Shown here: positions 8,294 through 17,381 of the stretch, piece by piece
How the letters are laid out: every line of letters starts with the position of its first letter
How positions within the stretch are numbered: the first letter of the stretch is position 1
From: an uncultured Candidatus Poseidoniales archaeon
GTDB taxonomy: Archaea > Thermoplasmatota > Poseidoniia > Poseidoniales > Thalassarchaeaceae
Assembly: GCA_964556195.1 (NCBI GenBank)
Contig: CAZKVK010000001.1
Coordinates: forward strand, 1,180-65,179
DNA length: 64,000 nt
Direction of reading: 5' to 3'
Translations under genes and position numbers: made by a program
The notes under the pieces: model-generated
Databases searched by the model: none
Seen by the model: the letters and a program-made list of their open reading frames with translations, nothing else
What the model was told of the DNA's origin: nothing

Positions 8294-9874
8294 ATGAAGA
8301 CTGTGTCCACTCCGTCGATGTCTGAGAATACCATGCGCGACATCACCGCAAAGAGTGTCAAACTAAACAGAGACCTCGACAAGATGCTTGAGCAGGCACT
8401 TGAGAGAGACTTGTTGGTACGCATTGGTTGGGGTAAGCAAGGAGACGAGAAACCAAAGAAGGGAGAGATTGGAGTAATCACCCATCTTCCAGAAAATTCC
8501 AGAGTATTGCTACTAGGTAATTTGGGAGAGTGTGCAGGTGCAATGAATGATGGTGGAACCTTCACCCTTCAAGGGGGCTGTGGTTCTATGTTAGGCGCCT
8601 TTCAGAAATCTGGTAGGATTACAATCGAGAAGGATGCAGGAGATCGCGCCGGTCAGAAAATGACAGGTGGGGAGATTATCGTCCAAGGCTCTGTAGGAAA
8701 TGAAACTGGGGCCGAGATGATTGGAGGATTACTGATAGTTAGAGGACATGCTGGACATGCAACTGGGGCCGCCATGCAAGGAGGTACATTGGTTGTTCTG
8801 GGGAACACTGGAAATGATCCCGGCAGGGGAATGGTAGGAGGCCGTGTAATCATTTCGGGCTCTTGCCCCCCGCCCGGTGAAGGTGCGACCATGAGGTCGA
8901 TTGAGTCTAATGAATTGGAAGAATTGGCCGAACATCTTGAACCACTGGGATTACACGTAGATTCTGATGCTTTGGTTATCATACCGAGTGAAGATGGACC
9001 CGCACAAACCGAATCTCCTGAAACCTCAATCACTGAGGGATTCGAAGGGATTACACTAGTGCCATCGGCAAGAGACAGACTCCCTACCCATTCACAAATT
9101 GATACCAGTTCACCAATAAACCCCGCAGGCCAAGATGAAAATACCCTCATGACCCCACTTCCTTGGATAATTCAAACAGAAAGAATGACTGGAAATACTG
9201 GAACCTATGGCACAAATCAACCGGGATTGGTAACTGCGGAACCTAGGGCCAATGATCTGATGTTAATCACAGAAGAAAATCTTCTAGAAGCTGCAGAGAT
9301 TATCCACAATTGTTCAGGAATGGTCCTAGATTTAAATCAAATTCCTGCAATCAATGATGCGGAAATTGAAGCTTTGTTAGTTTCACTCTACAGCAGGATG
9401 GCTGACGATTCACTTGTTTTCCTAAAAGATAGTATTTCGAGGGTCGAACACCTCTTCCGTTTAGTTGTAGACTTGGACTTAGACGGCGCACTAGTTGATG
9501 TTGCTTCAGCCGGAGGGTCTAGGGCCGCAGCCGCATTACCAAGAATCGGTCTTGTTGCACAGGCCATGAACCTACCAAGCCAAGGTAGGAGGATTTTACT
9601 TGAGTTACAAGAGGCACCTTCTGCAGAGGACCTCTTAATCGCCATTGGAGCAGGCTGTTCGGCGATTGTAGCACCAGCTGCAGATGAGAATGTTGAGGCA
9701 GCATTGGCCTGGATTGACGGAACATTAAGAGGTTGGATGTTAGAATTGGGAATTGACAATCTATCTGAATTAACTAGACGAAACCTGCGTGCTCTCGATC
9801 ACGATACTGCAGCAATCTCGGGTCTGCGATTAATCGGATACGATAGACCACTTCCAATGTGGTTGAGAAACTGA
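8294..9874 (+). CDS. GXGXG-motif protein (glutamate synthase alpha-subunit domain-3-like / FwdC-like), unusually long (526 aa)
   Basis: Repeated glycine-rich beta-helix motifs GNETGAEMIGGLLIVRGHAGHATGAAMQGGTLVVLGNTGNDPGRGMVGGRVIISG characteristic of the GXGXG domain. The C-terminal ~270 aa have no motif I can assign. Confidence 0.6.
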   Translation: MKTVSTPSMSENTMRDITAKSVKLNRDLDKMLEQALERDLLVRIGWGKQGDEKPKKGEIGVITHLPENSRVLLLGNLGECAGAMNDGGTFTLQGGCGSMLGAFQKSGRITIEKDAGDRAGQKMTGGEIIVQGSVGNETGAEMIGGLLIVRGHAGHATGAAMQGGTLVVLGNTGNDPGRGMVGGRVIISGSCPPPGEGATMRSIESNELEELAEHLEPLGLHVDSDALVIIPSEDGPAQTESPETSITEGFEGITLVPSARDRLPTHSQIDTSSPINPAGQDENTLMTPLPWIIQTERMTGNTGTYGTNQPGLVTAEPRANDLMLITEENLLEAAEIIHNCSGMVLDLNQIPAINDAEIEALLVSLYSRMADDSLVFLKDSISRVEHLFRLVVDLDLDGALVDVASAGGSRAAAALPRIGLVAQAMNLPSQGRRILLELQEAPSAEDLLIAIGAGCSAIVAPAADENVEAALAWIDGTLRGWMLELGIDNLSELTRRNLRALDHDTAAISGLRLIGYDRPLPMWLRN

Positions 9875-9883
9875 GGTGTTATT

Positions 9884-11638
9884 CTGCCAACCATCACCCT
9901 GAGTCACTCTTTACTCAACTCTATTCAAGAAGAAAATGGATCCAATTATGATGCAGAAGATTGGGTAGAAAGGTTATCTCAAATTGGATGTGTCGTAGAG
10001 GATAATGATGAAGAATCAATCGAAATAGAGGTTTTTCCAGATCGACCAGACCTTCTGAGTCATGAAACTATGGCTAGAGCAGCGAGAGCTTTCCTTGATG
10101 GAGATAGTCAACAACCATCCATCGTAACTTCAGATAGCGGTGTGATCCTGGATGTTGATTCTAGCCTAGGTTCGGTTAGGCCAATAATCATGGCTGCAAT
10201 TGTTAGAGGGGTAAACAACGGAGATACCGATGAAGAAAAAGACCTATTCATTCAATCCTTAATGGACCACCAAGAAAAATTACATCTAAGCCTAGGCCGA
10301 AGAAGGCGATTTTCATCCATCGGAGTCCATGACCTATCGACTTTGAGTCCGCCGTTCAGAGTGGTTACTGTTCCTGGAACACACTCGTTTACCCCCTTAG
10401 CAATGGATGAAAAAATGTCAATAGAGGACATACTTAGTAAACATCCAAAGGGAGTAGAATATGCTCATTTAATGGAGAATTTGGAAACTTACCCGGTGAT
10501 TTTAGACTCTAATGATGATATCCTATCTTTCCCACCAATCATTAACGGAGACAACACAACGGTAAGCGAATCGACTACAGATTTCTTCATCGACGTTACT
10601 GGCTGGGATGAAAGGGCAGTGGAAGCCTGCTTGCTGCTTGTTTGTCTTTCGTTAGCCGAGCGGGGAGGAACAATAGAACAAGTCCAGGTTAACGGTTGTG
10701 ATGGACAAGTACGATTGACCCCTAATATGGACGCGAAAGAACACAGAGTTTCTGACCGATTAATCAACCGAATTCTCGGACTAACTCTTGAGAGTGAAGA
10801 GATAGCCGCTGCTATCCAAAGAATGGGTGGAATTCTAGTGACTTCACGTGCCGTTACAGATGGAGTCAACAAAGCCGAGCGTTGGGCGGACCTAGAGGTA
10901 GGTGAACGTGAGCACGTAATTGCCATGCCACGCTGGCGATCTGACATAATGCATCCAGTTGACATCGTCGAGGATATCGCCATCGGTTATGGGTACGGGA
11001 ATATGCCCAATATTCTATCATCAGTTCACTTAGATGCGATTCCATTACCTTCTGCACACCTGCATAGAAGGGTGCGAGAAAGTTTACGCTCATTGAATCT
11101 GCAAGAAACTCAAAGCCTTACACTATCCAATGATCGTGTACAATTTGACAAAACACGATGGGTAAGGTTGGCCGAGACTACAGAATTGGCAAACCCCATA
11201 ACCATCGACCATACAATGATGCGTCAGAGAATACTTCCGAGCTTATTGCAACTTCTAGCGGCGAATAGGCACCACGAATTGCCACAACGGGTCTACGAAC
11301 TTGGCACGGTTGTTTTGAACTCTCACAATGGAACAAGAGCAGCTTGGGCTTGTGCCGAGGTGGGCGGTGGTTTCTCAGGAGCCAAGGGATTTGCACAAGC
11401 ATTGTTGAGAGATATTGGAGCAAATCTTGAGGATATCGTTTGGGAAGCAACCGCCTCAGACGATGGACCTTGGTTATCAGGCAGAGGCGCTAAGGTCTTG
11501 ATATCCGGAGAAGAAGTTGGACAAATTGGAGAAATTGACCCAGCGGTTGCCTCAGAATTTGGCCTTAGAGTGCCAATTCAAGCAGGAGATTTCGACGTCG
11601 ATGCGCTAGGCCGGCTAATTCCAGACCCAGTCCTCTGA
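9884..11638 (+). CDS. pheT: phenylalanine--tRNA ligase beta subunit (archaeal PheT)
   Basis: Conserved archaeal PheT N-terminus PTITLSHSLLNSIQEE...IEIEVFPDRPDLLSHETMARA is encoded upstream of the first in-frame ATG (10070). The frame is open back to the stop of the preceding gene (9872..9874) with no canonical in-frame start, so the 5' end is uncertain. Confidence 0.8.
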   Translation: MPTITLSHSLLNSIQEENGSNYDAEDWVERLSQIGCVVEDNDEESIEIEVFPDRPDLLSHETMARAARAFLDGDSQQPSIVTSDSGVILDVDSSLGSVRPIIMAAIVRGVNNGDTDEEKDLFIQSLMDHQEKLHLSLGRRRRFSSIGVHDLSTLSPPFRVVTVPGTHSFTPLAMDEKMSIEDILSKHPKGVEYAHLMENLETYPVILDSNDDILSFPPIINGDNTTVSESTTDFFIDVTGWDERAVEACLLLVCLSLAERGGTIEQVQVNGCDGQVRLTPNMDAKEHRVSDRLINRILGLTLESEEIAAAIQRMGGILVTSRAVTDGVNKAERWADLEVGEREHVIAMPRWRSDIMHPVDIVEDIAIGYGYGNMPNILSSVHLDAIPLPSAHLHRRVRESLRSLNLQETQSLTLSNDRVQFDKTRWVRLAETTELANPITIDHTMMRQRILPSLLQLLAANRHHELPQRVYELGTVVLNSHNGTRAAWACAEVGGGFSGAKGFAQALLRDIGANLEDIVWEATASDDGPWLSGRGAKVLISGEEVGQIGEIDPAVASEFGLRVPIQAGDFDVDALGRLIPDPVL

Positions 11639-11648
11639 GCCGTCAATT

Positions 11649-11834
11649 TCAATCATCTTCTAAAAGCGCCATCGCATCGAGGAAGGACTTGTCTTTCAGA
11701 TGGCTTTTATCTTCAATCAAATCTTTCTGTTTATTGTCAGACTTCCTCTCATACTCAATTACCTCAGCCTTCTTCGTGATCGGCTTTGGTTCGGCGGGGG
11801 CACTTTTCTTACCGAAAGGCCACTTAGGTGCCAT
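11649..11834 (-). CDS. candidate small lysine-rich protein (61 aa), hypothetical
   Basis: Only plausible ORF in a 290-bp gap, convergent with pheT. MAPKWPFGKKSAPAEPKPITKK... is basic/acidic low-complexity sequence, so the coding status is uncertain. Confidence 0.25.
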   Translation of the reverse strand: MAPKWPFGKKSAPAEPKPITKKAEVIEYERKSDNKQKDLIEDKSHLKDKSFLDAMALLEDD

Positions 11835-11928
11835 GGACGACGAACTGCACCCCAGACCATAGTTCCTTCGTTTATGCGATTCATCGAGAAAGGGCAGAAA
11901 TCAAAGCCGAGAACGATGAGCGTCTCCC

Positions 11929-14748
11929 ATGCGAGACAGGGCACTGGCCATGGCACTGATTATTGCATTACTGATTACATCTGCAGTGCCAAGCCAGTTA
12001 ATCGACGCTCCGAACCCTTCCGAATCTCCCTCAAATGATTCAGCTCTAGACCTATTATTCCTTGGAAATTCTTACACATCCAACAATCAATTAAATGTGA
12101 GAGTTAACAATTTGCTAGATGCTGCCGGATTTACGCCTGAAGTACAGGCTTTTACAAGCGGGGGGAAGACTCTTGCGTGGCATGGAGAACAAGCTGAAAC
12201 TGAGGGTTCTGAATGGTACGATGCCTTACGGACTCCTCACGATTATGTGCTATTACAGGACCAAAGCCAAGTTCCAGGATTCCCCACAAGTTCATCCTAT
12301 TGGCAAGACAGTATGCAAGGTGCTAGGATAGTAGATGATTTGGTCGATGACAATGGTGGAGATACCTTCTTCATTATGACTTGGGGTTACAGATTTGGTG
12401 ATGAGGGTAATAGTTGGAGATATCCTGACTATCAAACAATGCAACAGTATCTAGAAACTGGCTATCTAGCTTATGCAGAGAATCTATCATCAGATCAAAG
12501 ACCAGTCTTTATTGCTCCAGTTGGAATGGCATTTGAGAATATCTTTTTCTCTCTGTCTAATGCTACCGAAGATGGGACAATTTTCTCAGACTTATACGCA
12601 CCTGATGGCAAGCATCCTTCAATCCAAGGAACATATTTGGCTGCCTGTGTAATTCATGTTTCAGTGACCGGAGAATCTTCGGTGGGTTTGCCGAGCACAG
12701 GCGGAATTAATGGTTCAAGGACACTAGAGATCCAGCAATGGGCTGACCACACTGTGTTCAATACATCGGGATTAATCTACCCTTGGCAACTGGAAGATTT
12801 GGGAGTTGAATTTGGCGTGAATTCCGGTTCCATCTTCAACATAGACCCGAGTCTTACAATCGGGGTGGCGGCTAACTTTACCAATTTCGCCGAAGTAAAT
12901 ACCACTGCGCTGATTGAAATCTCCGGACCAGATGGCTGGGGTGTGTCTTGGGATTATCCTACAAGTCCAGAAGTTGGATACTCTTTCGATGCTCCAAGCG
13001 ATGTTGTACAATGGGTAGAATTTAGAGTGACTGCTCCAGAAGTTTCCGCAGGCTACCCTCTAGCAGATTCAATCCATGACTTCAGTGTGGCTTTGGTAGG
13101 GGACCATACTGGCAATCAGGATTGGTGGAATTTCTCATTGCGTTACGGTGAGTGGAAAGGGTTGCAGGTAATCGAAGGGGGAGGTGCTGCTTCAATTGAC
13201 CCAGGGGGGGTAGTAGATCTAGAATTCGTGTTACAGAACATTGGCAACTCGATTAACTCACTTGGAATAAATATCGCAGCAGTGTACGAAAATGGCTCCC
13301 CTGTTGAAACTCCTAGCCTATCTTTTGCCCATTATGGGTGGACCGCTATCGTTTACGACCGTGCAGGTTTAGAAGAGATGAATCCGGGAGAAGTCACTAC
13401 CGTTCGTATGCAAGTACAATCTCCAATATTAACCTCAGGGAAATTGGAAATGATGGTGCAATTTTGGGCGGATGGAGTAGAAGAGATTGAGAGACTAAAT
13501 CAGTCGATTATCATAGTTCCTCGATCGGGTGGAGATTTAGGCTTGACAAATGTCGACTGTATGTTCGATGTAAATCCTGGAGAAACTTGTTTCGTAGAAT
13601 TATTTATTGAAAACACTGGTGATGCAGCGTACATATTCAATCTCAGTGTAGCTGAAAAGCCTGATTGGCTAGTTGTGAATATTACAGAATATACTCGATA
13701 TTTAGGGCCCGGTCAAACCGTCCATGGAATCGATGTTTCAGCTTGGACAGCAATCGGCCTAGATGCGGGAATTACCGGAGAAGTGAGGGTAGAATTGGAA
13801 GTCGACGGTTGGGTTCCTGCTGAGGTGAGCTTTGATGTATCAATTGCCGCAGTTCATGCATGGGAGATTATTCGATCTGATGCTGAGGTGATGAATGGAA
13901 GATTGACTGGCTATTGGGAAGTAAAGAATACCGGGAATAGCCCAGACGGTCTGGTTGTAAGTGTAGAGTGTACCGATTTCACAGATTTTGGAGTGATTCC
14001 ACCAGATGGAGGAGAATCTACAAATGGTGAAGTTAGGTCATTTGAAATTCTCAATGTTCCAATAGGTAGTGCGCTCTTATTCGAAGTTTGGATGGACGTA
14101 CCTGAAGAGGTACCGGTTGCATCAAGTGCAATATTGACAGTCGAGATTCGTTCGTTCCGAGACCCATCAGTTCAACATACTGTGGAACATTCAACTCAAA
14201 TTGAAGGCGCACAGCCTAGTGAACCGACTGGACCGGATGAACCCAGTGCTTTCAGCAATTTTATGCAAAGATGGTTACAAACAATTCTAATCGTAATTGT
14301 GAGTATTGTAGGGGCCGTCGCAGTAGCCTTTGCGATACGGCACCGAATTGACGCAGACAGGGAATATTACAGAAGTAAGAATCCTGAGGTTGTTGTTGAG
14401 GAAGTCGGCGACTGGATGTCTAAATTTGAACAGAGTAATGAAGAAGAAGTTGAACTCATCCAGAGCCCAACGACGGACCTAGAATCATTTAAGCAGGAAT
14501 TCATGGATAAATCTGGAGACCACTCTAGAGAGGTTTCACCAGCACCCGAGGCAGAGATTATCGATGAGGCCGGTGATGTGCTGGACGAGGCTCAAGCAGA
14601 GGAGGCGATAATCGATGCAATCGAAATCGCAGACCAATTACAAGATAGCGACCTAATTCATCCAGATAACATAGTGCTGGACCTAGATGACTTCGATGAA
14701 AGACTGAGCTCAATCGGCAAAGATTTGCGTGATGATGAAGACCCGTGA
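11929..14748 (+). CDS. Large surface protein (939 aa): signal peptide, N-terminal SGNH/GDSL-like (DUF4886-type) hydrolase domain, Ig-like repeats, C-terminal TM anchor and ~140-aa acidic cytoplasmic tail
   Basis: Signal peptide MALIIALLITSAVPSQ. LLFLGNSYTSNN resembles the SGNH block I, and DGKHPS is a possible block V. C-terminal helix ILIVIVSIVGAVAVAFAI followed by RHR and a very acidic tail ending DDEDP. Confidence 0.7.
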   Translation: MRDRALAMALIIALLITSAVPSQLIDAPNPSESPSNDSALDLLFLGNSYTSNNQLNVRVNNLLDAAGFTPEVQAFTSGGKTLAWHGEQAETEGSEWYDALRTPHDYVLLQDQSQVPGFPTSSSYWQDSMQGARIVDDLVDDNGGDTFFIMTWGYRFGDEGNSWRYPDYQTMQQYLETGYLAYAENLSSDQRPVFIAPVGMAFENIFFSLSNATEDGTIFSDLYAPDGKHPSIQGTYLAACVIHVSVTGESSVGLPSTGGINGSRTLEIQQWADHTVFNTSGLIYPWQLEDLGVEFGVNSGSIFNIDPSLTIGVAANFTNFAEVNTTALIEISGPDGWGVSWDYPTSPEVGYSFDAPSDVVQWVEFRVTAPEVSAGYPLADSIHDFSVALVGDHTGNQDWWNFSLRYGEWKGLQVIEGGGAASIDPGGVVDLEFVLQNIGNSINSLGINIAAVYENGSPVETPSLSFAHYGWTAIVYDRAGLEEMNPGEVTTVRMQVQSPILTSGKLEMMVQFWADGVEEIERLNQSIIIVPRSGGDLGLTNVDCMFDVNPGETCFVELFIENTGDAAYIFNLSVAEKPDWLVVNITEYTRYLGPGQTVHGIDVSAWTAIGLDAGITGEVRVELEVDGWVPAEVSFDVSIAAVHAWEIIRSDAEVMNGRLTGYWEVKNTGNSPDGLVVSVECTDFTDFGVIPPDGGESTNGEVRSFEILNVPIGSALLFEVWMDVPEEVPVASSAILTVEIRSFRDPSVQHTVEHSTQIEGAQPSEPTGPDEPSAFSNFMQRWLQTILIVIVSIVGAVAVAFAIRHRIDADREYYRSKNPEVVVEEVGDWMSKFEQSNEEEVELIQSPTTDLESFKQEFMDKSGDHSREVSPAPEAEIIDEAGDVLDEAQAEEAIIDAIEIADQLQDSDLIHPDNIVLDLDDFDERLSSIGKDLRDDEDP

Positions 14749-14763
14749 TACACACGACAACTC

Positions 14764-15501
14764 GTGGATGGCAACTGGATCATTGGTGTAGACGAGGCAG
14801 GTAGAGGACCTGTCATCGGTCCATTGGTGGTTGCAGCATTGGCAATACCTCCTGAGGATATTAACATATTATCCAAACTAGAAGTTAAGGATTCAAAGGA
14901 AATTTCTCATAGTCAACGCCTTCTTATTTTTGACGAAATCAATCGGCATATAGAAGACGGAAGATGGAAATCAGGACTGATATTTTGTACGGCGAAGAGA
15001 ATCGATATCAATAGCATAACTTCAGATTTGAATAGCCTTGAAATCGAATTATTTTCAGAGGCTATTTCCGCAACAGGTTTGTCTTCTGATTCCGGTAAAA
15101 TTCGAGCCGATGCTTGTGATGTAAATGAGCAGCGATTCAGAAGTCGACTACAGATCTCATTGGGAGAGGACTGGAAACTCTGGAAAATTAAAGCAGAACA
15201 TGGTATGGATTCGAGAGATCTAGTTACTGGGGGCGCCTCAATTATTGCCAAAGTTTCAAGAGATTCAGCGATAGAAGAAATTTCTGCCCGAACAGGAATA
15301 GAAATTGGTTCTGGGTATCCATCGGACCAGACCACCCGAAAGGCTGTTGAGACTCTTATCTCAAATGGTAAACCGCATGACTCTCTTAGGTGGAGTTGGG
15401 CAACAGTATCGGACATTTGGCAGAAGTTTTACGGCACCCCCGTTCCAGTTCGGTCGAAGCATGGTGGTTCTGTGGTACAATCATCACTTGATGACTGGTA
15501 A
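14764..15501 (+). CDS. rnhB: ribonuclease HII
   Basis: IIGVDEAGRGPVIGPLVVAA catalytic motif of RNase HII at the N-terminus; 245 aa. Confidence 0.85.
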   Translation: MDGNWIIGVDEAGRGPVIGPLVVAALAIPPEDINILSKLEVKDSKEISHSQRLLIFDEINRHIEDGRWKSGLIFCTAKRIDINSITSDLNSLEIELFSEAISATGLSSDSGKIRADACDVNEQRFRSRLQISLGEDWKLWKIKAEHGMDSRDLVTGGASIIAKVSRDSAIEEISARTGIEIGSGYPSDQTTRKAVETLISNGKPHDSLRWSWATVSDIWQKFYGTPVPVRSKHGGSVVQSSLDDW

Positions 15502-15548
15502 GTGTGAGAAGCGTCAAATGCCTCACATCGGGCCGAAGGCCCGATAGC

Positions 15549-17264
15549 ATGGCAGATTCCAACTGGGATTCGGAGACCGTCGAGACGGTTCGAAAGTATG
15601 CCATGCAAAATACGGTAGAGTACGATGGGGCCGGTCAGGCTGGATCTGTATTAGGTCGCCTCTTAGGTGAAAGAGCGGATTTGAGACCTCGGGCAAAGGA
15701 GCTCAAATCCTTGGTCGAACAAGAGGTAGAAACCGCGAATCAAATGGCGAAATCGAACGGAATCGAAGCGGTAAGAGAAGCTTTAGCTGCAACAAACCCT
15801 GAGGCTTTGGAAAGACAAAAACAACAGAAGAGAGTTGGTCTCAAACCTCTCCCTAATGCCGTTGATGGAAAGGTTATTTTACGATTTGCACCAAATCCCA
15901 ATGGCCCTCTTACTATTGGACACTCAAGAGGAGTTGTAATTAATTCCGAATTCGCCAAGATGTATTCCGGTAAAGTTGTCTTGCGTTACGATGATACCGA
16001 TACCAGAGTAAAACCACCTCTACCCGAAGCATATAGTTGGATTGAACAAGAATACGAATGGCTTGCTGGACGGCCTGCTGACATAATTATCCGAGCTAGC
16101 GAAAGAATGCCGATATATCATGAACATGCTAAACAAATGCTTGAATCTGGATTTGGTTACATTTGTCGGTGTAGTGCTACAGAATTCAAGAACCTAAGGG
16201 ATAACTCCCAGGCCTGCCCTTGTAGAGATAGAGGTGTGATGGATAATCTCTCCGATTGGCAGTCGATGAACGATGGTAGTATAGAAGAAGGGGGGGCAGT
16301 TGTAAGGGTCAGAACTGACCTAGATTTGCCCAATCCTGCCCTTCGTGATTGGCCAGCTTTACGGATACAACATACTCCACACCCCATGGTTGGAGACGCA
16401 TACAAGGTCTGGCCCCTACTGGATTTCCAGAGTGCCATAGAAGATCACCTTCAGGGAGTAACTCATATTGTCCGAGGTAAGGATTTGATGGATTCAACAA
16501 GGAAACAGACTCTATTGTACAATCACTTCGGATGGCGATATCCAGAAACACTCTACTGGGGGCGAGTAAAGGTCCACGAGTTTGGAGGGTTCTCTACCTC
16601 GGCAATGAGAGCAGATATCGCCGATAGTAAATTTGACGGGTGGGACGACTCTCGTTTACCTACAATTTCCGCTTTGAAGCGACGTGGTTTCGAATCTCAA
16701 GCCATACGTGATTTTTGGTTAGATCTTGGATTAACACAGAAGGACATTTCCATCTCGATGCAAACCATAGAATCGTTCAACTCGTCTGTAATCGATTCGG
16801 TTTGTGAAAGGAGATCATTCGTTCGAAATCCGAGAAATTTATCCCTTGACAGAAATGGATTTACAATACCAGAAAATCTGCAAATAGCCCGGCATCCACA
16901 CGGTGCAATTGAGGGAGTTCGTGAATGGTCGGTTTCAAAGGAATTGGTTATTGAGGACGGAGACTATGATGAACAAATCCGTTTGAAGGACTTTGCAGAT
17001 GTCTCAATTAAACAAAATGATGCGATGGTGGAGTCTTTAGAGAGGAGTGATAAGCGAGCTATTGTTCATTGGTTACCAAAAAAACAGAGCCGGATAGCGA
17101 GCCTAACTTCACCCTCAGGTGAGGGATTTAGAATCGATGATGGGCTACTCGAGAATGTCGATTTAGTCGAAGGAGCAATAGTCCAATTAGAGAGAGTCGG
17201 ATTCGCTAGAATTGAGAAAATTCCAGAAAATGGTCCTGTGGAAATGCTCTTTTTACACGGTTAG
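15549..17264 (+). CDS. gltX: glutamyl-tRNA synthetase, archaeal type
   Basis: Class I HIGH motif region RFAPNPNGPLTIGHSRG and the archaeal GluRS N-terminus ETVRKYAMQNTVEYDG. Start set at MADSNW (15549), 48 nt after the rnhB stop. Confidence 0.85.
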   Translation: MADSNWDSETVETVRKYAMQNTVEYDGAGQAGSVLGRLLGERADLRPRAKELKSLVEQEVETANQMAKSNGIEAVREALAATNPEALERQKQQKRVGLKPLPNAVDGKVILRFAPNPNGPLTIGHSRGVVINSEFAKMYSGKVVLRYDDTDTRVKPPLPEAYSWIEQEYEWLAGRPADIIIRASERMPIYHEHAKQMLESGFGYICRCSATEFKNLRDNSQACPCRDRGVMDNLSDWQSMNDGSIEEGGAVVRVRTDLDLPNPALRDWPALRIQHTPHPMVGDAYKVWPLLDFQSAIEDHLQGVTHIVRGKDLMDSTRKQTLLYNHFGWRYPETLYWGRVKVHEFGGFSTSAMRADIADSKFDGWDDSRLPTISALKRRGFESQAIRDFWLDLGLTQKDISISMQTIESFNSSVIDSVCERRSFVRNPRNLSLDRNGFTIPENLQIARHPHGAIEGVREWSVSKELVIEDGDYDEQIRLKDFADVSIKQNDAMVESLERSDKRAIVHWLPKKQSRIASLTSPSGEGFRIDDGLLENVDLVEGAIVQLERVGFARIEKIPENGPVEMLFLHG

Positions 17265-17381
17265 GGTATAATTTGGCCCCTCGTGTACACGCGGCGCCTA
17301 TGGCGCCGATGTATGGAAATCAATTCCAAAGGAGTCTCATAAGGGTCGCATTCAAGGACATAAAGCGAGCCAACGGGTACT

